Shown here one piece after another: positions 26,902 to 36,223 of a stretch of DNA of 51,371 nucleotides (positions are counted from its first letter, which is position 1; every line of letters begins with the position of its first letter). The translations under genes were made by a program, and so were the position numbers. The DNA lies in NCBI GenBank assembly GCA_017628305.1, contig JAGBZI010000097.1:1-51371 (forward strand). Reading direction: 5' to 3'. This DNA is from Tidjanibacter sp. Lineage in GTDB: Bacteria; Bacteroidota; Bacteroidia; Bacteroidales; Rikenellaceae. The notes under the pieces were generated by a model that had not been told where the DNA came from, ran no database searches, and saw only the letters and a list, made by a program, of their open reading frames with translations.

Positions 26902-28407
26902 ATGGACAAATACGCTATCCACCCCAATCCGCTCGTGCGTTTCCTTCAGAAGGAGCCCAAGGATTTCACCAAGGCCGACATCATCCGCTACATCGTGGAG
27001 AACGGCATCGAGATGGTCAATTTCCGCTATGCAGCTGCCGATGGCAGGCTCAAGGCGCTAAACTTCATGATTAACGACCTCGACTACCTCGACACCATCC
27101 TCACTTTTGGTGAGCGTGTGGATGGTTCGAGCCTCTTCCCCAACTTTGTGCAGGCAGGCGCCAGCGACCTCTATGTTATCCCACGCTACCGCACGGCATT
27201 CCTCAACCCCTTCAGCGACATCCCAACCCTCGACATACTTTGTGGCTACTACGACAAGGATGGTAAGCCCTTCGCTGCGGCTCCCGACCAAGCGCTCCAC
27301 CGTGCCCACAAGGAGTTCAAGGAGCTCACAGGCATGGAGTTTCACGCAATGGGCGAGCTGGAGTACTATGTGGTGAGCGACATCGACGACCTCTACATCA
27401 CCCCCGACCAGCGCGGCTACCACGAGAGTGGCCCCTTCTGCAAGTGGGGCGACATGCGCCGCGAGGCTATGAAGGCTATTGCCGAGGCGGGTGGCAAGAT
27501 TAAGTATGGCCACAGCGAGGTGGGCAACTTCGCCGTGGATGGCAAGATGTATGAGCAGAACGAGATTGAGTTCCTCCCCGTGGATGTGGAGGAGGCTGCC
27601 GACCAGCTGCTTATTGCCAAGTGGATTTTGCGCGAAATATCCTATCGCTATGGTGTGCTCCTCACCTTTGCTCCCAAGATTACGGTGGGCAAGGCGGGTA
27701 GCGGTCTGCATATCCACACCAAGGTGGTTAAGGATGGCAAGAATATGTACATTGCCGATGGCAAGCTGAGCGATGTGGCCAAGACGGTCATTGCCGGCAT
27801 CCTCGATTCGGCCGACGCACTCACCGCCTTTGGCAACACCAACCCCACCTCCTACCTCCGCCTTGTGCCCCATCAGGAGGCCCCCACAAACATCTGCTGG
27901 GGCGATAGAAACCGCTCGGTGCTCGTGCGTGTGCCTCTGGGATGGACGGGTGGCGCTGCACAGATGATTAAGGATGCCAACCCCTCTGCCGACTTCGAGG
28001 TGGGCGACACCTCCAACAAGCAGACCGTGGAGTTCCGCTGTCCCGACGGCTCGGCCGACATCTACCTGCTGCTGGCCGGTCTTGTGGCTGCCGCACGCCA
28101 TGGTTTCGAGATGGAGAACCCCGTGGCCTTTGCCGAGGAGAGGTATGTGGGAGTCAATATCTTCCACGAGGAGCATAAGGCAATAGCCGAGCGTCTGGAC
28201 CACCTGCCCGATTCGTGCGCCATTTCGGCCGACGCTCTCGAGGCTAAGCGCGAGATTTTCGAGTCGAAGGGTGTCTTTGGCAGCAGCCTCATTGATGGCT
28301 GGATTAAGATGCTCCGCAGCCATAACGACCGCAACTTGCGCGAAGAGCTTGCGGCCAATCCCGAGCTCATTAAGGAATTGGTAGTCAAGTTCATCAATGT
28401 AGGTTAA
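26902..28407 (+). CDS. glnA: Glutamine synthetase (type I-like)
   Basis: VDGSS, GELEYY, HSEVG, QNEIEF, GSGLHIH, SYLRLVPHQEAP, NRSVLVRVP, VEFRCPDG; promoter TAACTTTG 26840-26847. Confidence 0.93.
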   Translation: MDKYAIHPNPLVRFLQKEPKDFTKADIIRYIVENGIEMVNFRYAAADGRLKALNFMINDLDYLDTILTFGERVDGSSLFPNFVQAGASDLYVIPRYRTAFLNPFSDIPTLDILCGYYDKDGKPFAAAPDQALHRAHKEFKELTGMEFHAMGELEYYVVSDIDDLYITPDQRGYHESGPFCKWGDMRREAMKAIAEAGGKIKYGHSEVGNFAVDGKMYEQNEIEFLPVDVEEAADQLLIAKWILREISYRYGVLLTFAPKITVGKAGSGLHIHTKVVKDGKNMYIADGKLSDVAKTVIAGILDSADALTAFGNTNPTSYLRLVPHQEAPTNICWGDRNRSVLVRVPLGWTGGAAQMIKDANPSADFEVGDTSNKQTVEFRCPDGSADIYLLLAGLVAAARHGFEMENPVAFAEERYVGVNIFHEEHKAIAERLDHLPDSCAISADALEAKREIFESKGVFGSSLIDGWIKMLRSHNDRNLREELAANPELIKELVVKFINVG

Positions 28408-28500
28408 TGTGTGTGAGGTCGGTGCCTACCCCCCCCCGCAGCCCATGGCGGCTTGCAGTTTGAGTGGCTGGTGACCGACGGAGCATCTTCCGGATAATAT

Positions 28501-28537
28501 ACAAAAACCCCTCGCCAAATTGGCGAGGGGTTTTTGT
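28501..28537. terminator. Bidirectional terminator
   Basis: ACAAAAACCCCTCGCCAA-A-TTGGCGAGGGGTTTTTGT. Confidence 0.9.
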
Positions 28538-28549
28538 GTGTGCAGTGGG

Positions 28550-29227
28550 CTACTCCATCGGGGTGATGAATGTCTCCACATCGTGTCGGTCGATGAGAGA
28601 GGGGAGTGAGGCTATCGCCTCAGCAGGGGTGCCGATGGTGTGGAATGGGTAAAAAACTCGTGGTTTTATGCGCCTCACAGCCTCGGCTGCCATCTCTACG
28701 GTCATCGTGTAGGGGAGGTTTACTGGGAGGAATAGATAGTCGATGTCGCTCACAGAGTACATCTCCACCGTCAGTTCCGTGTCGCCTGCCACATAGATGC
28801 GCTGACCGGCAATCTCAATTATATATCCGTTGTCGCCGCGCTCCTTGGGGTGGTACTGTGTGCGCTCCACATTGTAGGCGGGCACAGCCTCCACACTCAT
28901 CCAGCCACACATGAACGACTTGTTGTGGGGCCCGAGCACCTCGGCTTCGGGGAGCTCCTCACCCACAACGCCCCCCACAAGGATGATTGTGTCGCTCTTG
29001 CGGAGCAGCTCAACGGCTTTGGGGTCGAAATGGTCGTCGTGGTGGTGGGTGATGAGAATGGCATCAGCCTTGGGCAGTCGGGCATAATCGGCCTCGCTGC
29101 AGCAGGGGTCAATGTAGATGTGCTTGCCATCCCACTCGATACCTATGGAGGCGTGACCGAAGAGGGCAAAGATGATGTCCCCACGGTTGTTGCCTTTGCG
29201 TCTGTCTTGTACGAAGTCGGTTTTCAT
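28550..29227 (-). CDS. MBL-fold metallo-hydrolase (Lactamase_B_3/UPF0173-like)
   Basis: GHAS, IYIDP, THHHDDH, YVAGDT, YPFH. Confidence 0.9.
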   Translation of the reverse strand: MKTDFVQDRRKGNNRGDIIFALFGHASIGIEWDGKHIYIDPCCSEADYARLPKADAILITHHHDDHFDPKAVELLRKSDTIILVGGVVGEELPEAEVLGPHNKSFMCGWMSVEAVPAYNVERTQYHPKERGDNGYIIEIAGQRIYVAGDTELTVEMYSVSDIDYLFLPVNLPYTMTVEMAAEAVRRIKPRVFYPFHTIGTPAEAIASLPSLIDRHDVETFITPME

Positions 29228-29331
29228 AGTTACAGTTATTAGTTAACAGTTGTCAGTTTTCAGTTGTTAGATGCTTTGGGGGCTGCGGTGCGGAGGGCCC
29301 CTGAATATCCAACAACTAACAACCCTCAACC
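29228..29331. repeat. Inverted heptamer arrays flanking a GC hairpin
   Basis: agttac agttatt agttaac agttgtc agttttc agttgtt ... GGGGGCT/GGGCCCC ... atccaac aactaac aaccctc aac. Confidence 0.75.
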
Positions 29332-31400
29332 TATTTAAGGTATTTGTTGAGCCAGCCGAAGAACTCCCTGTTCCACACGAGCGAGTTTTGGGGCTGGAAG
29401 ACCTGATGTGCCTCATTCTCGAAGGCTACGAGCTTGGCGGGTATGCCCTGCAATTTTGCTGCCGTAAATGCCTCGAGGCTCTGGGTGAAGGGGATGCGGA
29501 AGTCGAGCTCGCCGGTGAAGATGAGGATAGGGGTGTCCCATTTGGCCACAGCTTTGTGGGGCGAGTTGGCGTAGCTGCGCTGCGCAGTGCGGTTGCTCTT
29601 GTCCCAGTAGGCGCCGCCGTAGTCGTTGTTCACGAACCACATCTCCTCGGTGTGGCCATACATACTCTCGAAGTTGAAGATGCCGCAGTGGGAGATGAGG
29701 GCTTTGAAACGCCCCTCGTGGTGGCCGGCGAGGTAGTATACCGAGTAGCCGCCATAGCTTGCACCCACAGCACCCAAGCGGTTCTCGTCGCTCCAAGGCT
29801 CCTTGGCTACATCGTCAATGGCTGCCAGATAGTCGCGTATGTTCTGGCCGCTGTAGTCGCCCGAAATCTGGTCGAGCCACTCCTGACCAAACGAGGGCAG
29901 GCCACGACGGTTGGGGGCTACAACAACATAGCCCTCCGAGGCCATCAGCTGGAAGTTCCAGCGGTAGCTCCAGAATTGGCTTACGACGCTCTGGGGGCCG
30001 CCCTGACAGTAGAGCAGGGTGGGGTACTTCTCATTCTCGTCGAAGTTGGGAGGCAGGATTACCCACACGAGCATCTGCTTGCCGTCGGTGGTGCGTACCC
30101 AGCGCTTGGTGCACTTACCCATGGGAATGTTGTCGTAGATTTGCTGGTTCACGAAGGTCATCTGGCGGAGCTCGCCGTTCTCCACGGCGTAGAGCTCGGG
30201 GGCCTTCATGATGGTGTTCATGTGTGCCACGATGCGGTCACCAACCTTGGTGAAGGTGTTGATGTCGTGGTCGCCCGAGGTGAGAATCTCTACTTTGGCG
30301 CCTGCTACAGCCTCTGCGCGGCAAATCTGGTGGGTGGCGGTGATGGGCGACACGAAGTAGAGGGTGTTGTTGCCCTCCCACACCACATTCGATGCGTTGT
30401 AGTCGAAGCCACTTGTCACATCAATCATCGAGCCATCCTTGCTGTTCCACACAAACAGGCGATCCTTGTCGCTCTCGTTGCCGGCACGGCGCATGCTGCG
30501 GAAAGCGATGAGGGTGTCGTCGGGGCTCCACACGGGATACTTGTCGTAGCCGGGCATCTGGCCCACCTCTTTGCAGATGTTGCGTGTGGTGGCGGTGGCT
30601 ACATCATAGATGAAGATGTCGGAGTCGGTCGATACGGCATACTCGGCACCGGTGAGGTGTTTGCAGGTGTAGGCCAGAGCGGTACCGGCATTGTTCCATG
30701 CAATCTCCTCGCTGTCGAAGTAGGGGGCCAAAGGTGCATCCCAAGGCTCGCCCTCCATGATATCCTTGCCCTCCTTCACAAGACCCTCGGCAATGGGGGC
30801 TACGAAGATGTGGGAGTAGTTACCCTCATCCCAATAGTCCCAGTGGCGCACCATCAGGTCGTCGTAGATGCGTGCCTTCGATTTGTCGGCCTCGGCGTAG
30901 ATGTCGCTACCCTTGATGTCGACCACATGCACCCTCTTGGTGAAGAACATGATGTCGCCCGAGGGTGCTATGCCATAGCTCTCAATGCCCTCAATGTCGG
31001 TGAGCTGCTGCTTGTCGGAGCCGTCGGAGAGGATGCTCCACACCTGACCATCGGCCATGTAGTAGAGGCGGTTGCCAACCCATTGGGGTGCCGAACCCTT
31101 CTCCAAGAGTCGTACAACTTCGCCACCCTCGGCAGGCATAAGGTAGATGCCGGTGGTGCCCTTGTTGTCGGCCATATTATAGTAGGTGATGGTGAAGGCT
31201 ACGAGTTTGCCGTCGGGCGAGAGCTTCTGGTTGCCTACGCGTCCCATCTTCCACATCACTTCGGGGGTGAACTTACCCTCGGCAATCTCTTCGGGGGTGA
31301 GGTTGTTGGTGAAATTCATAACTTCGAGTGTTGCACTGCCACCACACCCTGCAAGAAGTAGAGTGGTAGCGGCGATTGTAAAAATATTTCTTAATTTCAT
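29331..31400 (-). CDS. S9 family peptidase (dipeptidyl-peptidase 5-like), putative lipoprotein
   Basis: LLAG-C; beta-propeller repeats (WSPD); YCQGGPQ; GASYGG nucleophile; DFRI; ENEAH. Confidence 0.93.
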   Translation of the reverse strand: MKLRNIFTIAATTLLLAGCGGSATLEVMNFTNNLTPEEIAEGKFTPEVMWKMGRVGNQKLSPDGKLVAFTITYYNMADNKGTTGIYLMPAEGGEVVRLLEKGSAPQWVGNRLYYMADGQVWSILSDGSDKQQLTDIEGIESYGIAPSGDIMFFTKRVHVVDIKGSDIYAEADKSKARIYDDLMVRHWDYWDEGNYSHIFVAPIAEGLVKEGKDIMEGEPWDAPLAPYFDSEEIAWNNAGTALAYTCKHLTGAEYAVSTDSDIFIYDVATATTRNICKEVGQMPGYDKYPVWSPDDTLIAFRSMRRAGNESDKDRLFVWNSKDGSMIDVTSGFDYNASNVVWEGNNTLYFVSPITATHQICRAEAVAGAKVEILTSGDHDINTFTKVGDRIVAHMNTIMKAPELYAVENGELRQMTFVNQQIYDNIPMGKCTKRWVRTTDGKQMLVWVILPPNFDENEKYPTLLYCQGGPQSVVSQFWSYRWNFQLMASEGYVVVAPNRRGLPSFGQEWLDQISGDYSGQNIRDYLAAIDDVAKEPWSDENRLGAVGASYGGYSVYYLAGHHEGRFKALISHCGIFNFESMYGHTEEMWFVNNDYGGAYWDKSNRTAQRSYANSPHKAVAKWDTPILIFTGELDFRIPFTQSLEAFTAAKLQGIPAKLVAFENEAHQVFQPQNSLVWNREFFGWLNKYLK

Positions 31401-31490
31401 AGCGGTTAGTAAAATATTTTAATTAAGGGTAATTCTTTGGGTTGTTTTTGCGTTGTTATAAAGTACTACTTGCTAAGTTCCTAAAAAATA

Positions 31491-32132
31491 TTATAAATCC
31501 ATTTTGAATTTTAAAAAATTTTCAAAAACAATCTTGATGGTCGAGTAGCTCTTCTCCACGGCGTTCCATAGTCTGCGACCGGTGAGCCACTCCACAGCGG
31601 TGATGTTCTCGCCCTCCTCGGGGGTGAGCTCGGGCTCCTCGCCCGGGGCATACATCAGGAACCACTCGGTCTGCTTAATCTCCCAGCGGCCATAGGCTCG
31701 GTGGAAATGGCGGGTGGTACACAGCGGGGCAACGATGGCCACATCACAGAGGCCGGTCTCCTCCCTCACCTCGCGCACAGCAGCCTCCTCGGGGCTCTCG
31801 CCCTCGTCGATGTGTCCTTTGGGGAGGTCGCGCCACCCCTTGCGGGTCATGATGAGCACTCCGCCCACCTCATTCTCAACAACTCCTCCGGCAGCCCTCA
31901 CAGTGGGCATCGAGGAGCAGAAGCGCAGGAAGCTCTCCTCGGCGTCGGGTGCCACCACATAGAGCTTCGATTTTTCGCCCACAGCCTCCAGCAGAGCCTC
32001 GGGAGTGAGGGTGACAGAGGGGCCAATCGTAAGATTGGGCCACGCATCCTCCTCGGGATGAGCGGTGGTAAGTGCCACATAATCAGCACTTACAATAAAA
32101 TGGAAAAATTTATTTTCGTAAAACAGTCGCAT
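31491..32132 (-). CDS. NUDIX hydrolase
   Basis: Nudix box [23 protein letters not shown]; AAGGVV. Confidence 0.93.
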   Translation of the reverse strand: MRLFYENKFFHFIVSADYVALTTAHPEEDAWPNLTIGPSVTLTPEALLEAVGEKSKLYVVAPDAEESFLRFCSSMPTVRAAGGVVENEVGGVLIMTRKGWRDLPKGHIDEGESPEEAAVREVREETGLCDVAIVAPLCTTRHFHRAYGRWEIKQTEWFLMYAPGEEPELTPEEGENITAVEWLTGRRLWNAVEKSYSTIKIVFENFLKFKMDL

Positions 32133-32180
32133 AACTCTACAAAAATAACTAATTTTATGGCATAATTACAAATTTAAGTG

Positions 32181-32579
32181 ATGGAAAAATACGAAAGCAA
32201 ACAACAACAAATACGCCGTTCGGCCGAGCAAATCTATGCTGCACTCTCCTCGTTCAACAACTTTTCGCCCATGTTGCAGGACAAGGTGGAGGAGTGGAGT
32301 GCCGACGATGATGTGTGCTCCTTCAAGGTGAAGGGGTTTAAGGCCGGCCTCCGCATGGTGGAGCGCGAGCCCTACAAGACCATTAAGATTAAGGCAGCCG
32401 AGGAGAGCCCCATGGATTTCACCTTCTGGATTCAGTTGAAGGAGGTGGCCCCCTACGACACCCGTATGCGCATTGTGGTCCACGCCGAGCTGAACATGAT
32501 GATGCGCATGATGATTGGCAAGAAGATTCAGGGCGCCATTGACCAACTGGCCGAAGGCATCGCAGCGGCAATGAATTAG
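32181..32579 (+). CDS. SRPBCC/polyketide-cyclase-like protein
   Basis: About 132 aa with START-like pattern (IYAALSSFNNF...AELNMMMRMMIGKKIQ), a conserved Bacteroidales family. Confidence 0.75.
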   Translation: MEKYESKQQQIRRSAEQIYAALSSFNNFSPMLQDKVEEWSADDDVCSFKVKGFKAGLRMVEREPYKTIKIKAAEESPMDFTFWIQLKEVAPYDTRMRIVVHAELNMMMRMMIGKKIQGAIDQLAEGIAAAMN

Positions 32580-32636
32580 AGCCCTTGTGAATTGAGAGTT
32601 GAAACAATTACCTAAAATTTAACCAAATACACTTTT

Positions 32637-35450
32637 ATGTTAGAACAATTTGTAAACCGTCACATTGGTCCTTCGGAGCGCGACTTCGACGAGATGCTCA
32701 AAACCATCGGTGTGGAGAGTGTCGAGGAGCTCATTTCGCAGGTTATGCCCCAGAGCATCCGCCTGCGCAAACCCCTTGCTCTGGATGAGCCTATGACAGA
32801 GGCACAGTTTGGTGCCCACATCCGCTCGCTCGCCGAGCGCAACCAGACCCTGCGCAGCTTCATCGGTATGGGCTACTATCCCAACTCGATGCCTGCCGCC
32901 ATTGTGCGCAATGTGTTTGAGAACCCCTCGTGGTACACCTCCTACACCCCCTATCAGGCAGAGATTTCGCAGGGTAGGTTGGAGGCACTGCTCAACTTCC
33001 AGACTATGATTGTGTCGCTCACAGCGATGGAGATTGCCAACTGCTCGCTCTTGGATGAGGCGACCGCCGCAGCCGAGGCTATGTTGATGATGTATGCACT
33101 GCGCAGCCGCGACCAGCAGAAGAACGGTGTGAATGTCCTCTTTGTGGACCGCAATATCTTCCCCCAGACCCTCGATGTGCTGCTCACCCGCAGTGAGCCC
33201 TTCGGCATCGAGATTGTGATTGATGACTACGCCACCTACGAGTTCTCGGGCAAGGAGTTTGGTGCCATGGTTCAGTATCCCGCCGCTGCCGGTCAGGTGA
33301 GGAACTATGCACCCTTTGCTGAGGCTGCCCACGCTGCGGGTGCCAAGGTGGCTGCCGTGTGTGACCTCATGAGCCTTGTGATGCTCACTGCTCCCGGCGA
33401 GTGGGGTGCAGATATTGCTGTGGGTTCGTCGCAGAGGTTTGGTCTTCCCATGGGCTTTGGTGGTCCCAGCGCAGGCTTCATGGCTACCAAGGATGCTTAC
33501 AAACGCAATATGCCCGGCCGCATCATCGGTGTGTCGGTTGACCGCTTGGGCAATAGGGCTCTCCGCATGGCTCTCCAGACCCGCGAGCAGCACATTAAGC
33601 GCGAGAAGGCCACTTCGAACATCTGTACCGCTTCGGCACTCATGGCCTCCATGTCGGGCTTCTACGCCGTGTATAACGGTCCCGAGGGTTTGGCCCGCAT
33701 TGCTGCACACATCCATTCGCGCACGGTGGCCGTAGCCGAGGCTCTGAAGGCTTTGGGTTATGAGCTCACTTCGGGCGAGTATTTCGATACTTTGGAGGTG
33801 AAGGCAGAGGCTGCTGTGGTTCAGGATATCGCCCTTTCGAGGGGTATCAACTTCTTCTATCCCGCCGAGGATAGGGTGAGGATGAGCTTCGACGAGGTTA
33901 CCACCGACGAGGAGGTGGCCGAGGTTGTGGCCATCTTTGCCGAGGCGGCAGGCAAGAAGGGGCCCAAGAGTGTGAAGATTGACGAGGAGGCTGTGGTTGT
34001 TCCCGCGGAGTTGCGCCGCCAGAGCGCCATCCTCACCGAGCCGGTGTTCCAGAAATACCACTCGGAGACCGAGCTGATGCGATATATTAAACGCCTCGAG
34101 CACCGCGATATTTCGTTGGCCGACAGCATGATTTCGCTCGGTTCGTGCACCATGAAGCTCAACCCTGCGGTGACTATGATGCCTCTGTCGCTGGCTGGCT
34201 TCACCAATATGCACCCCTTTGCTCCCGCTTCGCAGGCCGAGGGTTACCTCGCAATGATTGCCGACTTGGAGAAGGACCTCGCAACCATCACGGGTTTCGC
34301 GGGTTGCACTCTCCAGCCCAACTCGGGTGCTGCGGGTGAGTACGCAGGCCTGATGATTATCCGTGCCTACCACCAGAGCCGCTCGCAGGGCTACCGCAAT
34401 ATTATCCTCATCCCCGCTTCGGCCCACGGTACCAACCCCGCTTCGGCCGCCATGGCAGGCATGAAGATTGTGACTGTGGCTTGCGACGCAAAGGGTAACA
34501 TTGATGTCGAGGACCTCAAGGCTAAGGCCGAGCAGTATGAGGGCGAGTTGGCAGGCTTGATGGTTACCTACCCCTCCACCCACGGTGTGTTTGAGAGCCG
34601 CATCAGGGAGATTGTGGATGCTGTTCACGAGCACGGCGGTCAGGTCTATATGGATGGTGCCAACATGAATGCGCAGGTGGGCCTCACCAACCCCGGCTTC
34701 ATCGGTGCCGATGTGTGCCACCTCAATCTCCACAAAACCTTCGCTATGCCCCACGGTGGTGGCGGTCCCGGCGTAGGTCCCGTGTGTGTTGCTGAGCACC
34801 TTGTAGAGTTCCTCCCCGGCCACTCGGTTGTTTCGACCGGTGGTGCCGATGGCATCACAGCCGTTTCGTCGTCGCCTTGGGGTAGTGCTCTGTTGCTGCC
34901 CATCACCTATGGCTATGTGAAGATGTTGGGTGCCGAGGGACTCAGGAGGGTCACCGAGGCGGCTATTGTCAATGCCAACTATATGTCGTGCAAGCTGGCC
35001 GAGAGCTACCGCACATTCTACTCGGGCGAGAGCGGCAGAGTGGGCCACGAGATGATTCTCGACCTCACCAACTTCCGCAGGGAGTATGGAGTGGAGGTTG
35101 GCGATGTAGCCCATAGGCTTATGGACTACGGCTTCCATGCACCCACCTTGTCGTTCCCTGTTCACGACACCCTCATGGTGGAGCCCACCGAGAGCGAGTC
35201 GAAGGAGGAGATGGATAAGTTCTGCGACGCCCTTGTGAAGATTCTCCACGAGGCACAGACCTCCCCACAGATTGTGGTGAATGCTCCCTATACAGCCGCA
35301 GAGGTTGTTGGTGAGTGGAACCACGAGTTCAGCCGCGAGGAGGCTGTATTCCCCTTGGAGTGGGTGAGGGTGCAGAAGTTCTTCCCCTATGTCACCAAGA
35401 TTGACAACGGCTACGGCGATAGGAATCTTGTTGCTATCAACGAGTTGTAG
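32637..35450 (+). CDS. gcvP: Glycine dehydrogenase (glycine cleavage P protein)
   Basis: YTPYQAEISQGRLEALLNFQ, REQHIKREKATSNICTA, LGSCTMKLN, HLNLHKTF (PLP Lys), PHGGGGPG. Confidence 0.98.
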   Translation: MLEQFVNRHIGPSERDFDEMLKTIGVESVEELISQVMPQSIRLRKPLALDEPMTEAQFGAHIRSLAERNQTLRSFIGMGYYPNSMPAAIVRNVFENPSWYTSYTPYQAEISQGRLEALLNFQTMIVSLTAMEIANCSLLDEATAAAEAMLMMYALRSRDQQKNGVNVLFVDRNIFPQTLDVLLTRSEPFGIEIVIDDYATYEFSGKEFGAMVQYPAAAGQVRNYAPFAEAAHAAGAKVAAVCDLMSLVMLTAPGEWGADIAVGSSQRFGLPMGFGGPSAGFMATKDAYKRNMPGRIIGVSVDRLGNRALRMALQTREQHIKREKATSNICTASALMASMSGFYAVYNGPEGLARIAAHIHSRTVAVAEALKALGYELTSGEYFDTLEVKAEAAVVQDIALSRGINFFYPAEDRVRMSFDEVTTDEEVAEVVAIFAEAAGKKGPKSVKIDEEAVVVPAELRRQSAILTEPVFQKYHSETELMRYIKRLEHRDISLADSMISLGSCTMKLNPAVTMMPLSLAGFTNMHPFAPASQAEGYLAMIADLEKDLATITGFAGCTLQPNSGAAGEYAGLMIIRAYHQSRSQGYRNIILIPASAHGTNPASAAMAGMKIVTVACDAKGNIDVEDLKAKAEQYEGELAGLMVTYPSTHGVFESRIREIVDAVHEHGGQVYMDGANMNAQVGLTNPGFIGADVCHLNLHKTFAMPHGGGGPGVGPVCVAEHLVEFLPGHSVVSTGGADGITAVSSSPWGSALLLPITYGYVKMLGAEGLRRVTEAAIVNANYMSCKLAESYRTFYSGESGRVGHEMILDLTNFRREYGVEVGDVAHRLMDYGFHAPTLSFPVHDTLMVEPTESESKEEMDKFCDALVKILHEAQTSPQIVVNAPYTAAEVVGEWNHEFSREEAVFPLEWVRVQKFFPYVTKIDNGYGDRNLVAINEL

Positions 35451-35469
35451 TAGGACTTGAATATGATGG

Positions 35470-35506
35470 AGGCGGCCTTGCGTAGTTGCGTGGGGCCGCC
35501 TTTTTT
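35470..35506 (+). terminator. Terminator of gcvP
   Basis: AGGCGGCCTTGCG...CGTGGGGCCGCC-TTTTTT. Confidence 0.85.
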
Positions 35507-35570
35507 GTGGGCCGTTCGAGGCGACCCCTCGCAAAGAATTGACGGCGCAGAGGGTGTCTCGTGCTCATTT

Positions 35571-35613
35571 TGAGTGTTGAATTTTGAATTTTGAATTATC
35601 AGTTGTATTTTTG
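35571..35613 (+). promoter_or_regulatory. Promoter built on a TTTTGAA heptamer array
   Basis: tgagtgt tgaattt tgaattt tgaatta; TTTG 35583-86, 19 nt, TATTTTTG 35606-13. Confidence 0.7.
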
Positions 35614-35645
35614 TCGGTTAGATTAGCTTAAATGTGCGAATAGGT

Positions 35646-36197
35646 ATGAGAAAATGGTTGACAGGCATAGTGATTTTGGTGGCGGTGGCAGCAGTGACCT
35701 CCTGTGTGGAGATTGACGAATACTCGCCCAAACAGCGCATGCAGTTCGAAAACTACCTCTCCGAAAAGGAGTATTGGATAACGAGCGATAGCGCCTATGT
35801 TCACCTTGCCGGCAACAAGTTTCTTGACCCCCGTCCCGAGAACATGAATGGCGCCGAGGAGGGCGACCGCGTGACCTTCAATTTCGAGGCCTACACCTTC
35901 ACCTCCTCCCCTGCAAAACAACCATTCTTCACCAACAAACCCTCGGCACTCCCGCTCTTCCCCAACGATATCGACACCTCCCATTGGTCGATGGAGCCTG
36001 TGAAGGTCGATTTGGGGCGCGAGAGTATACTAAAAGGGCTCGAAGAGTCGTTGTATGGCAGTGTGGCGGGCGACTCGCTGCTGGTGTTCCTCTCCTCGGG
36101 CATAGCCTACGGTGAGGCGGGTATGGAGGCGGTGCCCAAGAATAGTGCTGTGATGTATATCCTCACAGTCGAGAGCGTGGCCACCAAGATTGAGTAA
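35646..36197 (+). CDS. FKBP-type peptidyl-prolyl isomerase-like lipoprotein
   Basis: Lipobox VTS-C; GDRVTFNF, ILKGLEESL, SGIAYG, VPKNSAVMYILTV. Confidence 0.82.
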   Translation: MRKWLTGIVILVAVAAVTSCVEIDEYSPKQRMQFENYLSEKEYWITSDSAYVHLAGNKFLDPRPENMNGAEEGDRVTFNFEAYTFTSSPAKQPFFTNKPSALPLFPNDIDTSHWSMEPVKVDLGRESILKGLEESLYGSVAGDSLLVFLSSGIAYGEAGMEAVPKNSAVMYILTVESVATKIE

Positions 36198-36223
36198 GAA
36201 AACAGAGATTACAAACGATAGAT

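Noticed and set aside
32640-35534. 964-aa ORF antisense to gcvP, and similar long antisense ORFs over the peptidase (29271-31361), POT transporter (15686-17470), receptor (3839-5590) and glnA (27058-28323)
   Set aside because: They mirror well-supported genes codon for codon, have no recognisable motifs, and are expected from strong codon bias that avoids TTA/CTA/TCA on the sense strand
35511-35562. Possible pseudoknot after the gcvP terminator (GCCGT/ACGGC crossing CGAGGC.ACCC/GGGTGTCTCG)
   Set aside because: Short GC-rich pairings are expected by chance, and the region lies outside any evident transcript
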